This document shows positions 43,101 through 53,771 of a DNA stretch of 64,000 nt, in pieces. A program made the position numbers and the translations under genes. The DNA comes from Brevinematales bacterium (GTDB taxonomy: Bacteria; Spirochaetota; Brevinematia; DTOW01). The notes beneath the pieces were generated by a model. The model searched no databases. It was given only the letters and a program-made list of their open reading frames with translations, and was not told the DNA's origin. The stretch's first letter is position 1. Each line of letters starts with the position of its first letter. The stretch is from contig JAOAHF010000004.1 of NCBI GenBank assembly GCA_026415355.1, positions 13,897 to 77,896 on the forward strand. The letters are read 5' to 3'.

Positions 43101-44762
43101 ATTGTCTACAATCTTCATAAGATCATTAACTATCATTTGAGATTGGTTAATAATTTCTTTGAATAAATCTTTTGCTTTCTCTGGTCTTGTTTGCATTAGC
43201 TCAACTATTTCTCCACCTATCCTATGTAACATTTCATGAGGTTTCTCCAGATGTTTAAACTCAGGTAAATTAGAAAACTTCGACATACCTTCTGTATAAT
43301 ACCATTTACCTAACCTGCACTTAGTATGATCAAAAATAACAGATTCATCAATAGTAGCTCTACCATCTATAAACCCTTTCAAGCGACTAACCCATATAAC
43401 ATGATCAGCCAGGGATAAAGAAACGATAATTTTATCGTTTTTAATATTTATATTATTTGAAATATGTACTCTTATATCATCAAGAAACTCAGAAATATCC
43501 GAATGATTATTTTTCAAAGACACTAAATTGTTATTAATAACACCGTTAATCCTTACAACGAATTCTTCAAGTCTCCCCATAGCATCATTTATTTTGTAAG
43601 AAAAGGAATTTATACTCGACGATATAACCTCAGTACTATCAATTATATTTCTAAAATTATCTCTAGATTTGTTTGAAATACCCTCAATTTCTTTAGAATA
43701 TGATTGTATAACTTTACCTTCTTCTAATACACTTTCAATAGATATGGTTATTGAATTTGATTTACCTTTTATACTTTGAAGTTTCTCATTCACAGACTTA
43801 GAAAACCTACTAACATTTTCAGATAGTTTTCTTATTTCATCTGCTATAACACTAAATCCTTTACCAACATCACCTACCTTTGAAGATTCTATAAGTGCAT
43901 TCATAGACAATAGAAGTGTTTGTTCTGATATCTCTGAAATAGACTTCGAAAGATTTATCACATCATTTACTTCATTAAACATATCCTTGTTAATTTTAAC
44001 CACCTCACCCGAGATTGAATAAAATCTTTCCCAAGATGCTTCAAGGTTGGTTGAAATCTCGTAAAATTTTTCAAAACTATCGTGCGACTTTATAGAAAAA
44101 GATAAAAATTCTGACAATTTCTGTGATAAAAATACAAATGAATTTGAAATATCACTTATCAAATCTAACAATTCCTTGATCTTGGTATTTATTTCTTTAG
44201 TATCTATATCAAGATAATAAATATCCTTACCACTGTTATAAACACTATACGACATCCTCACAATCACAGACAACAAGTAACTGACAATCTTTTGAATTTC
44301 TTTCCCAGTTTTATCCAATAAAGTATTTACTTCAGATATACTCGACTGAGCTTTATAATTCACTTCTCCATTACTAAGATGATACAAATAATCTTTCAAA
44401 ACACTAATTGTTTTTTCTAGTTCATTCACATAACTCTCTAGTCTTTTTGTTTTATTTACATACCCAGAAATTAAACCAGATAATTCCGACAGAAAAGAAT
44501 CCGATATGCTTACCTCTTTATCGTTTTTCAAAGAGCTTGAAATTACATCAATAGAAGTAGTAATAGATTTGAAAAGATAAATAAAATAAATTACACCACC
44601 AGCTACTAACAAAAATAGTATCCCTGTAGTTATAAGATACACAATATCGAAGATAAGATTACCCTTGGTAATCACATCAAAAAACGCTAATATATTCATA
44701 ACAAGTGATAGAAAAGAAAAAATAATTACAAGGATACCAACAAATAATAAGTATCTCGTCAT
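43074..44762 (-). CDS. Methyl-accepting chemotaxis protein with a C-terminal CZB zinc-binding domain
   Basis: It has an N-terminal TM pair, an MCP signalling domain (LLSMNALIESSKVGDVGKGFSVIADEIRKL) and a C-terminal CZB motif (HTKCRLGKW...H..H). Confidence 0.8.
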   Translation of the reverse strand: MTRYLLFVGILVIIFSFLSLVMNILAFFDVITKGNLIFDIVYLITTGILFLLVAGGVIYFIYLFKSITTSIDVISSSLKNDKEVSISDSFLSELSGLISGYVNKTKRLESYVNELEKTISVLKDYLYHLSNGEVNYKAQSSISEVNTLLDKTGKEIQKIVSYLLSVIVRMSYSVYNSGKDIYYLDIDTKEINTKIKELLDLISDISNSFVFLSQKLSEFLSFSIKSHDSFEKFYEISTNLEASWERFYSISGEVVKINKDMFNEVNDVINLSKSISEISEQTLLLSMNALIESSKVGDVGKGFSVIADEIRKLSENVSRFSKSVNEKLQSIKGKSNSITISIESVLEEGKVIQSYSKEIEGISNKSRDNFRNIIDSTEVISSSINSFSYKINDAMGRLEEFVVRINGVINNNLVSLKNNHSDISEFLDDIRVHISNNINIKNDKIIVSLSLADHVIWVSRLKGFIDGRATIDESVIFDHTKCRLGKWYYTEGMSKFSNLPEFKHLEKPHEMLHRIGGEIVELMQTRPEKAKDLFKEIINQSQMIVNDLMKIVDNLPSKEDSE

Positions 44763-44926
44763 TTATTCCTCCAAACTAAAATAATTTGTAAATAAAAATA
44801 TTATAGATTATCAAATTAAATACAGACCAAAAACCTTACTTATTCTAACAGTTGATTAGAAAATTTACTTATTTTCCTTTGTTAGTAGTAATCGTTTAAT
44901 CAAAGAAAACATTCCCATTTATAAAG

Positions 44927-46306
44927 TCATAAAAATTTACTTATTCGTTTAACAGTTTTATCCCTTCCCAAAAGTTTCACAACCTGAATTAAACCTGGAC
45001 TTACTTTTTTGTTAGTTAATGCTATTCTTAAAGGAGGACCAAACTGTTTGAGTTTTATACCATACTTTTCTGGAATACTCCTTATTATCATTTCTCCTTC
45101 TTCATCAGGCTTTGAAATTATATCATCTAAATTTTCAAGAAAATCTGCAAGTGATTTTCTAACATTCTCATTTATCATAGACTGTATATTAAACTCTTGA
45201 TCAATATCAATATCATCTGTTGCGTATATCCTAGTCTCATTATAAAAATCCCTCAACGTATTTACCCTTGTTTTATATACTTCAAAAGCTTTGATTAGGA
45301 ATTCATCTGACAAAGGTTCTTCTAAGCCGTTTTCCAACAAGAATATTTTGTAATACTTTAAAAACTTATCATACGATAACATTCTTATCTGCTCACTATT
45401 AACCCATAACATCTTTTGATCATCAAAAACAGCATTTGATTTGTTAAGACTACTAATATCAAATAGAGATACAAGTTCATCCATAGTGAAAATCTCCTTA
45501 TCTCCATAAGACCACCCAAGTCTGGCTAGATAATTAATAATACCTTCAGGAATAAATCCCTCCTTACGATAGTATTCAATGTTAATAGAACCTTCTCTCT
45601 TTGAAAGCGGTGATTTATCTTTGTTTAGTATAAGCGGTAGATGAACAAACATAGGTATACCAAATCCAAGAGCCTGATAAACAAGTATTTGCTTTGCTGT
45701 ATTTGTAATATGATCTTCACCTCTAACAACATGTGTTATTCTCATAAGGTAATCATCAATCACAACAGCAAAATTATAAGTTGGTGTACCATCTCCCTTT
45801 ATTATAACAAAGTCATCTAAATCCGAGAAAGGAACCTTTACTCTCCCTTTGACAACATCCTCAAATTCAACATAATCAAAATTTCCTATATCAAATCTTA
45901 TTACATAATTACTTTGTGGCTTTAATTTCCTATTCCTACAATGCCTATCGTATTTTATTCCAAATTTTGCATTAGGATTATTCTTTTGTCTTTCTTCTAT
46001 CTGCTCTCGGGTACAAGTACAGTAATACGCTCTTCCCATATCAACCAATTTTTGTGCATACTCAAGATATATATCAAACCTCTCACTCTGAAAATACAAC
46101 TCATCCCAATCTAGCCCAAGCCACTCTAAATCCCTCTTTATAGCATCTACGTATTCTTTTTTGGATCTTTGAAGATCAGTATCTTCTATTCTCAAGATAA
46201 AACTACCATTATTTTTCTTAGCATAAAGATAATTAAATATTGCAGTTCTAACATTACCAAGATGTAGTAAGCCTGTTGGACTAGGAGCAAATCTTAACCT
46301 AACCAT
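44927..46306 (-). CDS. gltX: Glutamyl-tRNA synthetase
   Basis: It has the HIGH region (PSPTGLLHLGNVRTA) and a KMSKS-like LSKR. Confidence 0.9.
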   Translation of the reverse strand: MVRLRFAPSPTGLLHLGNVRTAIFNYLYAKKNNGSFILRIEDTDLQRSKKEYVDAIKRDLEWLGLDWDELYFQSERFDIYLEYAQKLVDMGRAYYCTCTREQIEERQKNNPNAKFGIKYDRHCRNRKLKPQSNYVIRFDIGNFDYVEFEDVVKGRVKVPFSDLDDFVIIKGDGTPTYNFAVVIDDYLMRITHVVRGEDHITNTAKQILVYQALGFGIPMFVHLPLILNKDKSPLSKREGSINIEYYRKEGFIPEGIINYLARLGWSYGDKEIFTMDELVSLFDISSLNKSNAVFDDQKMLWVNSEQIRMLSYDKFLKYYKIFLLENGLEEPLSDEFLIKAFEVYKTRVNTLRDFYNETRIYATDDIDIDQEFNIQSMINENVRKSLADFLENLDDIISKPDEEGEMIIRSIPEKYGIKLKQFGPPLRIALTNKKVSPGLIQVVKLLGRDKTVKRISKFL

Positions 46307-46395
46307 ATAAAATCCTCAAACCAACATAAATTCTTAACGAAAATAATATCTCAATTCAAAGTATACATCATCACATCAAAGTACCAACATTCCAC

Positions 46396-47064
46396 TCACA
46401 CCTTTTTTGACGAAACAACTATTTTAGCAAGCTTTATCTCAGATGGAGAAAAACCCATATCTATAAGTTTGTCTTCATCAAACTCAAGTGTTAAAAGTTT
46501 TCTCAATAGTTCTGCTCTTTTATCCAAGTCTAAATCCTCTAACTTTATTTTTTCAATTTCTTTCTCCAAAAGTTGTTTCTCATCCTTTATAGTGTTTGCT
46601 TCACTAATAAGCAAAGTTTCTCTAAACACAGGCGTATTTTCATTCTGCTCTCTAACAGTGTATTTTCGTAATTCTTTCTGTTTCGGAGCTGTTATCTTTT
46701 GAGAACTTAAACTTACTTTTCCAGTATCTCCTTTTGAGATCAATAGCTCATTTTGAAGCTCCTTTTTTAGTATTTCATATTTTTTGATAACCTCCGCATA
46801 ATTCCTGGTTATAGTGTCAAGTTTGATTATTTTCTCATCAGCAAGTTTCAGTAAATTTTCCAGCTCTTTTATTTTTTCATCCATCACTACTATCTTTCTG
46901 TTTGATATCTTATTAAACTCAACTATCAACCCTTCTATTTCCCTCTTAACCTCTTCGGCAATACCTTTACCCTTGAGATTTTTAATCTCATCTCTTAATC
47001 TCGCATAAAAGAAAACCACAAGAAACAATAAAATAAGAAAAAGAACAAAAAGAACGAAATTCAT
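46396..47064 (-). CDS. Membrane-anchored coiled-coil protein, uncharacterised
   Basis: It has an N-terminal TM helix followed by a long E/K-rich heptad region. Its start overlaps the stop of the upstream ORF. Confidence 0.5.
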   Translation of the reverse strand: MNFVLFVLFLILLFLVVFFYARLRDEIKNLKGKGIAEEVKREIEGLIVEFNKISNRKIVVMDEKIKELENLLKLADEKIIKLDTITRNYAEVIKKYEILKKELQNELLISKGDTGKVSLSSQKITAPKQKELRKYTVREQNENTPVFRETLLISEANTIKDEKQLLEKEIEKIKLEDLDLDKRAELLRKLLTLEFDEDKLIDMGFSPSEIKLAKIVVSSKKV

Positions 47065-47498
47065 ACAATAATATCTATGTTATTACCCTCCCCATTTTCA
47101 ACTATAATTTCAGTTTTTTCCTTACGAGATCCATTTTTACTATTTTGAAACTGATACTCCTTATTCTTGGCATTATCCTCTCCTAAATTTCTTCTCCTTA
47201 TCTTTTCACCCTCTCGTGAGATTTCAACGACATCAGCAGTCCTATTCTGTTCAATTTCTGATTTTTCTTTCATCTGGATTTTTGCTTGACTTTGCAACGC
47301 CGAAGCATATGCAGGATTGTTTACCGAATTTTTCATAAGTAAATTATCAGCAAATATTACAGTCTTAACATCCAAAGGAGTATAGCTCATATTAAAATTA
47401 TCGTAAAATAAACACCCATTGTCAACAATCAAAGTATAAAACTTTCCACCACTTGAAACATTCTTTACTCTAAAACTTCTTAGGATTCTTAATCTCAT
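47061..47498 (-). CDS. Hypothetical 145-aa protein
   Basis: ORF translationally coupled to the coiled-coil gene, upstream of gltX. Confidence 0.45.
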   Translation of the reverse strand: MRLRILRSFRVKNVSSGGKFYTLIVDNGCLFYDNFNMSYTPLDVKTVIFADNLLMKNSVNNPAYASALQSQAKIQMKEKSEIEQNRTADVVEISREGEKIRRRNLGEDNAKNKEYQFQNSKNGSRKEKTEIIVENGEGNNIDIIV

Positions 47499-47539
47499 AA
47501 AACAGTATAAATTTCAAGATACATTACGATAATAATTTT

Positions 47540-48094
47540 ATGGATCTCACCAAAAATTACTACGAAATTCTAGGCCTTAAGAAAAACGCAACAATAGATG
47601 AAATAAAGAAAAACTATAGAAAACTTGTTTTAAAATACCATCCTGACGTATCAAGAACAAAAGAAACCGAAAATATGTTTAGATTGATAAATGAAGCTTA
47701 CTCCATATTATCAAACCCCCAATTGAGAGAAAAGTATGACAAAAAACTCTCCAAAAGCATAGACACAAATCAGTATGATTTATCACCCCTCATAAAGGTT
47801 ATAGACAAGATAAAGGAGAATATAAATATAGTAGTAAAAAGTATCCAAAAAGTTTTCGACGATATATCATCAGACAAATTCTTAGAAAAGTTGTCAAACG
47901 AAGAACTTTTACAAAGGCTATACTTTTCAGACAACGAACTCATGAAAATAGCCGCACTGAAAGTAATAAAACAGAGGAAAAAGAAATCAGTAATACCCTA
48001 TCTACTCGAAATCAAGGACAGAGAAAATATACCAATACACCTCAAAAACCAAATAGTCAACACTCTCAAAGAGTTAGGTTACAAAAACATCTAA
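47540..48094 (+). CDS. J-domain protein with a C-terminal HEAT-like repeat
   Basis: It has a J domain with HPD (YYEILGL..KYHPDVS). Confidence 0.7.
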   Translation: MDLTKNYYEILGLKKNATIDEIKKNYRKLVLKYHPDVSRTKETENMFRLINEAYSILSNPQLREKYDKKLSKSIDTNQYDLSPLIKVIDKIKENINIVVKSIQKVFDDISSDKFLEKLSNEELLQRLYFSDNELMKIAALKVIKQRKKKSVIPYLLEIKDRENIPIHLKNQIVNTLKELGYKNI

Positions 48095-48226
48095 CCATAA
48101 CCGTAAATACACATCATAAACACTTAATAACCATACCACGTAAAGTCAAAACTTTACAAACCGGCTTTCTTGACTAACCTATCTTTTTTGTTAAATTTCT
48201 AATAATAAGTTTATTTGGAGGTTTTT

Positions 48227-48778
48227 ATGGCAGTTGAATCTAGGAAAATAGAAATTGGTTCTGTAATGCCACGATTTACTCTAAAAGATCCTTTTGGAAA
48301 GGAATACTCTTCTGAAAGTCTTATCGGAAGTAAAGGACTCTTAGTAGTTTTCACTTGTAATCATTGTCCTTACGCACAAGCAATATGGCCTCGGCTAATA
48401 AAGCTATCATACGATATCACAACTAAAGGTATAAATGTAGTAGCAATAAATCCAAACTCCGCCAACAAAGAATATCCTGATGATTCAGTTGATGAAATGA
48501 TAAAAAGAATTAAAGATTGGCAAATACCCTTTCCCTACCTAGTCGACACAGATCAAAGTGTAGCAAAATCATACGGCGCTGAATGTACTCCTGACATATA
48601 TCTTATAGATACAAATATGAGACTGTTTTATCATGGTAGATTTGATGACAATTGGAAAGATATAAATAGCGTAAAGAAAGAAGATCTCAAAGAAGCTTGC
48701 TATTTACTAATAGAAGGCAAAGAGCCCCCATCCGAACAGTACCCATCTATGGGATGCTCAATAAAATGGGTTTACTAA
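48227..48778 (+). CDS. Thioredoxin-fold thiol-disulfide oxidoreductase (AhpC/TSA-TlpA-like)
   Basis: It has the CxxC motif FTCNHCPY. The ATG at 48227 is preceded by a GGAGG RBS. Confidence 0.7.
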   Translation: MAVESRKIEIGSVMPRFTLKDPFGKEYSSESLIGSKGLLVVFTCNHCPYAQAIWPRLIKLSYDITTKGINVVAINPNSANKEYPDDSVDEMIKRIKDWQIPFPYLVDTDQSVAKSYGAECTPDIYLIDTNMRLFYHGRFDDNWKDINSVKKEDLKEACYLLIEGKEPPSEQYPSMGCSIKWVY

Positions 48779-48875
48779 ACATACAAAAATCTCATTTTAA
48801 CTCAAAAAGCAAAAAACTCAATTCTACTCAACTACTTGTAGTATTTACATTAGAAATAATATCGTGTAGATGAAA

Positions 48876-50066
48876 TTATTGATTTTTATAGTACCCAAGT
48901 TCTCTAGTACTTGAAGAAACTGGTAGAAAAACTTTGAAAATCGTTTCTCCTTCTCTAGAAGAAAAGTCAATAAAACCCTTGTGAAGTTTTATTATTCTAT
49001 AAACTATACTCAAACCAAGTCCAGTTCCATTGTCTTTTGTAGTAAAAAATGGTTCAAAAATTCTATGCTTAACTTCATCAGGTATACCTTTACCATTATC
49101 TTTAACCTCAACTACAACAAAATCTCCCTCAATTCTACTCACAAAGTATGTTTTGATCGAAATCAAACCATTAGGATTGTCAATTGATTCTATCGAATTT
49201 TTTATCAGATTAATAAAAACCTGTTTTATCAAGTCTTTATCACACAAAATCATCGGAATCCCTTCATCCAAACTCATTTCAATAGATATCTTTTTACTTC
49301 TAATTTCAGGAAGTAAAAGTTCAACTATACCTTCCACTATCTTGTTTACGTTTTCATACTTTTCTTTATACTTATATGGTCTTAATGAAAACATAACATT
49401 ATTGACTATTTCATTCAACCTCTCTATTTCAGAAAGTATAATATCAATTTCGTTAATTATGTAATCGACTTTTAAATCTCTTTTTTCAATCAACTTTTTT
49501 ATTATCTTTGTATGTAGATATATTGAAGAAAGAGGATTTTTTATCTCGTGCGCAACCCCTGAAACTATATTTGACAAAGATTTAACAACTTCATCTTGAA
49601 ATTTATCAATATTATCTACAAACTCATAAGTCTTATCAAAAACCATTACGAAAAATTCCTGAAAATCCAAAGTTGAACATTCTATCCTAAAAAACCGTTC
49701 TTTCAAAACTCCACCTATCACATCATCTCTTAAGTTTAGAGGTATATCAATACTAGTGCATTCAACATTCTCCTTTAGAAGCTTACTAATAAGACCATCT
49801 AAAACCTCACCAAAAGCATCATTTAAATAAACTTCATTACCCTCCTTGGACAATATACCCCATTTTAGAGTAAATTCATTATAAAATAAAACTTTTTTGT
49901 TTCTGCTAACTATTAATATAGACCACTTAACACCATAGTTTAAAAGTTCCAATATCCTTACTCTTTCGTAATAAAGAGTCTCAAGCAACTTGGATATAGT
50001 CGATACAGGTACCCTTTCTATTCTTTCTATTGTATTCTTAAGAATCTGCGATAGTTCGTCTTTCAT
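48876..50066 (-). CDS. Cytoplasmic sensor histidine kinase (orphan, no adjacent response regulator)
   Basis: It has an H-box AHEIKNPL and a G2 box GTGLGLSIV. No TM segments are present. Its start overlaps the stop of the 906-aa gene. Confidence 0.85.
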   Translation of the reverse strand: MKDELSQILKNTIERIERVPVSTISKLLETLYYERVRILELLNYGVKWSILIVSRNKKVLFYNEFTLKWGILSKEGNEVYLNDAFGEVLDGLISKLLKENVECTSIDIPLNLRDDVIGGVLKERFFRIECSTLDFQEFFVMVFDKTYEFVDNIDKFQDEVVKSLSNIVSGVAHEIKNPLSSIYLHTKIIKKLIEKRDLKVDYIINEIDIILSEIERLNEIVNNVMFSLRPYKYKEKYENVNKIVEGIVELLLPEIRSKKISIEMSLDEGIPMILCDKDLIKQVFINLIKNSIESIDNPNGLISIKTYFVSRIEGDFVVVEVKDNGKGIPDEVKHRIFEPFFTTKDNGTGLGLSIVYRIIKLHKGFIDFSSREGETIFKVFLPVSSSTRELGYYKNQ

Positions 50067-52786
50067 TAAACATACTCAGATAAAGATATAGATTTTATCT
50101 GAAATTCTTCTTCTGCTCCTTTTATACTTATCTGGACAACATCACCAACTTCCTTATCCATGAGTTTTACACCTAGAGGAGATCTATAGGATATTATATT
50201 CTTCTCAATATTTGCATCCTTGTCACCGAGTATATGATAAACAATTTCTTCTCCTGTCTTTTTGGATTTAAGCACAACTTTTGTCCCAACATCAACATAA
50301 TTTTTAGAAACAGCATCAGGATTTATAATCTTGTATTCAGAAAGTTCCTTAGCTAACTGTTCTGCTAATGCTTTGAGCTCTTCTTCTTTCTCAACTAATT
50401 CAGCAGAATGAGACGCAGATAACATCTTGGAAACTTTAGGTAACTCTTCATTGAGTATTCTATTGTACTCTTCTCTTATCTTTTCGTATGTTGATCTAGT
50501 GATCATAAACGGACTTCTTCTATCTCTCGTATCTTCCATATATTTAAGATCTGGATACTTATAATAGAGCTTTTGTCTTAGATTTGAAAGCTCCCTAGGC
50601 TCAAGAAGCTCAAACTCTTGAATGTATGATAGTATTAAGAAAGCAGTGTCTTTTCCTGATTCAATTATAACCTTTCCAACATCATTATAGTTACTAAAAA
50701 CCTCTTTTGCCATCATATATATTCTTTTTGATATACCCTTTTCTCCTCTTTCTTCAAAACTATATTGTATAGACGAAAGTATGTTTGCAACAGTTAGCAA
50801 TATATTAACTTTATCCACTTGCAGTAATTTAAAAACATCTTCATACTCTTTTTGAAACACTATTTTAGCAAACCACATAAACTTAGAGTAAACTACAAAT
50901 CTGTTGGAAGATGGATTATTAGCACTCTCTAGTATCGTCGAAACTATTTTTTTAATCGCATCTATCTTATCATAACTTACAAGTTCAGACATAATGTAGT
51001 TATTCAATCTAACAGCCTCAACTGACAATACAACCTTCACGAATACATCGTCCCAATTTTCTAATATAGTCCTAATGGTGCTTAAAAAGCTCTTCTTAAC
51101 TTCGTTTATTTCAGCTACTTTTAAAAACTCTACCACACTATTCTCATCCATACTTCTCATTGTATGTAAAACCTTCTCCTTCACCTCTTGAGGTGTTCCT
51201 GAATACTTCAACGAAAGCAATATACCAGCTTCAACTATCTCAAACTTGTTTGAAGAATTGTTTACAACATTCAGAAGAAACTCAACTATGGGCTGAGCTT
51301 GCGGGACATCAAGAGTATCCGATTGTTGAAGGAAGTTATAAATAAACTTCATTTGCTCACTAAATGTTTTTAGAGTGTTTAAGGTTTCCTTTATATCTTC
51401 TTCAACTTTACCTTCGCCAAGGTAAACATAAGTATTCCTACTTTCAGGAGACACAACTACGTTAACTTCACTCAAAGAGTGTTTTACAGAATTCCAAAAC
51501 TGATTAACATCAGATTCTGGCATCAATCCTGCTAAAACTTCCTTTATATCTTTTACATTCCCTTTACCACCTAAAGACACTAAAACCATCTTTATAACTT
51601 CAGGTGATTTAGACTTTATCAACTTGTCAAGCTCCTCTTTTTTGTATTCTTTCCACACCCTCACATCATCTTGAGATAAAACATCAAGAGAGTAAAATGC
51701 TATGTTACTAAACATCCTATGTCCTTGTTTCTTAACAAAGTCAATTACAAGCCACTCATCTTGAACATCCGAGATTACTCCAACTCCAAAAGTTTTGTGA
51801 TAGACATAGACACCTATATCAAACCTAAGTTTCTTTTCCAACTCATTTAGCTTATCAATTATTTCACTGTAATTAACCCTTATATTTGAATGTAATCTTC
51901 TTCGCATAAATTCGGAAAACTCATTAAAGTACTTTGGAAGTAATGAGTGATTGGGATATAAGGATTCATAAACTTCCCTTAAATCATTTCTGACACCCGC
52001 ATCATTTGGAGTACATCTCGAAATAACAAACTTAAGAACTTCAAGAGCTTTGTCATAAGATTCCTTCTTCTTGAAATGTATAGCAAACTTGTGTAACAAT
52101 TTACCTATTTTCTCATGAGATACAAGGTCAAGAAGCCGCAAGGAAATATTCAAAACATACTTATGATCAAGGAGTGAGTGAAAAGACAAAATCTTTTCAA
52201 ATACAGAAGCAACAGATGATGAATTTTTAGACTGTATAAACCTCTCTAATGCTATCTTATAGTAATAAAGTGCTTTCTGAACATTGCCTTCTTCTTCATA
52301 ATACTCTGCTAAAGATTTAGGAGTATAAGCATCTTTAGGATCAACTCTTACAAGCCTTTCCTTTATGTCTACAAGCTCATCATTTCTATTCTCGTTTCTA
52401 TAATACTCCTCAAGAAGTTTAAGAGCATATTTCTCCTCTCTGTAGGACAATATTTTTTCAGCTATAAAAACAGAAATAGACAATTTTCTATGCTCACTAA
52501 ACTTCAACAAAACTTCCGGCATATAGTAGGTATCAATCGATCCCTTTTTCAGTAAAATCAAACCTATGGTGTAAATCGCAAAAATACTATTAGTATTCTC
52601 TAGATAGTATTCTTCACAGATTTTCTGCAATTCAAGTTCTTCACCAGCAGATATTGCACTATCAACTATATTCTCAATCCTTACAAAATCCTTTCTAGAG
52701 TAATCATCAAGAGAGTGCTTTGATATCTTCTCTTCATTAAAAAGTTTAGTCATTTCTTCTTTGTAATCAGTTTTTGCTACAGCCAT
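50066..52786 (-). CDS. 906-aa multidomain protein with TPR-like helical repeats, a CarD/TRCF-like RNAP-interacting motif and a GreA/GreB C-terminal FKBP-like domain
   Basis: The C-terminus ISYRSPLGVKLMDKEVGDVVQI matches the GreA-CTD ISxxSPiarALiGkxxGDvv. The central YVYHKTFGVGVI resembles the CarD/TRCF RID hxVVHxxHGIGxh. Confidence 0.65.
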   Translation of the reverse strand: MAVAKTDYKEEMTKLFNEEKISKHSLDDYSRKDFVRIENIVDSAISAGEELELQKICEEYYLENTNSIFAIYTIGLILLKKGSIDTYYMPEVLLKFSEHRKLSISVFIAEKILSYREEKYALKLLEEYYRNENRNDELVDIKERLVRVDPKDAYTPKSLAEYYEEEGNVQKALYYYKIALERFIQSKNSSSVASVFEKILSFHSLLDHKYVLNISLRLLDLVSHEKIGKLLHKFAIHFKKKESYDKALEVLKFVISRCTPNDAGVRNDLREVYESLYPNHSLLPKYFNEFSEFMRRRLHSNIRVNYSEIIDKLNELEKKLRFDIGVYVYHKTFGVGVISDVQDEWLVIDFVKKQGHRMFSNIAFYSLDVLSQDDVRVWKEYKKEELDKLIKSKSPEVIKMVLVSLGGKGNVKDIKEVLAGLMPESDVNQFWNSVKHSLSEVNVVVSPESRNTYVYLGEGKVEEDIKETLNTLKTFSEQMKFIYNFLQQSDTLDVPQAQPIVEFLLNVVNNSSNKFEIVEAGILLSLKYSGTPQEVKEKVLHTMRSMDENSVVEFLKVAEINEVKKSFLSTIRTILENWDDVFVKVVLSVEAVRLNNYIMSELVSYDKIDAIKKIVSTILESANNPSSNRFVVYSKFMWFAKIVFQKEYEDVFKLLQVDKVNILLTVANILSSIQYSFEERGEKGISKRIYMMAKEVFSNYNDVGKVIIESGKDTAFLILSYIQEFELLEPRELSNLRQKLYYKYPDLKYMEDTRDRRSPFMITRSTYEKIREEYNRILNEELPKVSKMLSASHSAELVEKEEELKALAEQLAKELSEYKIINPDAVSKNYVDVGTKVVLKSKKTGEEIVYHILGDKDANIEKNIISYRSPLGVKLMDKEVGDVVQISIKGAEEEFQIKSISLSEYV

Positions 52787-53721
52787 TTATATACCCCCAA
52801 TTTAAGTTTATTGTAAATGTTTGGAGAAAATTTCTGAAGTATTTTACCAACACTTTTTGCTAATTCATAATCTCCTACTTGCAATAAATAGTAATCAATA
52901 AGCCAGATATAACTATTTATAAGCCTAGGTTCAATCACATTCTTCCATTTCCTATTTTCATTATATCCCTTCTCCATAACTTGAACCCTATTAAGTATCA
53001 TATTAACTTCTTCTTCCGAAAGTTCCCTCCTTATGTCAAATATATTTTCTATGACTCCATATATAGGTATCCACTCATTTACTTCCTCTCCCCTATAACC
53101 ATTATCCATAACTATTTTTGATAGTTTCTTAACTATCATCGATTTCATATCAGATAAATCAATCCTTTGAGGATCCCAAAAAAACGCCTCCCTAAAAAAC
53201 AATTTAGCAGCTTCAATATCTCTTATTTCAAAATAAGCGTCGGCAAGGTTTGCCAAGACTGACGAATCATACATATCGTAATTCCTTACATTTTCAAGAA
53301 GCTCAATGCACTTATCAGTCTCTCCTATCTCTCTATAACATCTACTGATCTTTATCATTAAATCAACATCTATAACATTATTAGATGTTGCGCTAATATT
53401 ATCAATAATCGTTTCATAATATTTCAACGCAAGTGAAAATATGTAATATCTTACAGACTCGACTATTTCAGTAAACTTGCCACAGTTATTTGAATTTATC
53501 CAGTTAACAGTGTTCTTCCATTCTGTTACTAAATTATCCGCTATTGTGTGATAATCACCAGAATTTTTAATTCTATTAACTTTAGATAAAATATGTTTTA
53601 TAACTTTAATTCCACACTCAGATTCTTCATCAAAATTATTTCTCAACATATTCTCAAATGCCTTGAGAGCTTCAGTTATTTTACCAGACTTTATTAAACT
53701 ATAAACTAATGTATCATTCAT
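52777..53721 (-). CDS. TPR-like helical repeat protein
   Basis: 314-aa helical repeat ORF overlapping the start of the 906-aa gene. Confidence 0.5.
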   Translation of the reverse strand: MNDTLVYSLIKSGKITEALKAFENMLRNNFDEESECGIKVIKHILSKVNRIKNSGDYHTIADNLVTEWKNTVNWINSNNCGKFTEIVESVRYYIFSLALKYYETIIDNISATSNNVIDVDLMIKISRCYREIGETDKCIELLENVRNYDMYDSSVLANLADAYFEIRDIEAAKLFFREAFFWDPQRIDLSDMKSMIVKKLSKIVMDNGYRGEEVNEWIPIYGVIENIFDIRRELSEEEVNMILNRVQVMEKGYNENRKWKNVIEPRLINSYIWLIDYYLLQVGDYELAKSVGKILQKFSPNIYNKLKLGVYKWL

Positions 53722-53771
53722 CTAATGTAAATTATATACAAATACAAACAAATCTTTCATCTGTAACCATT

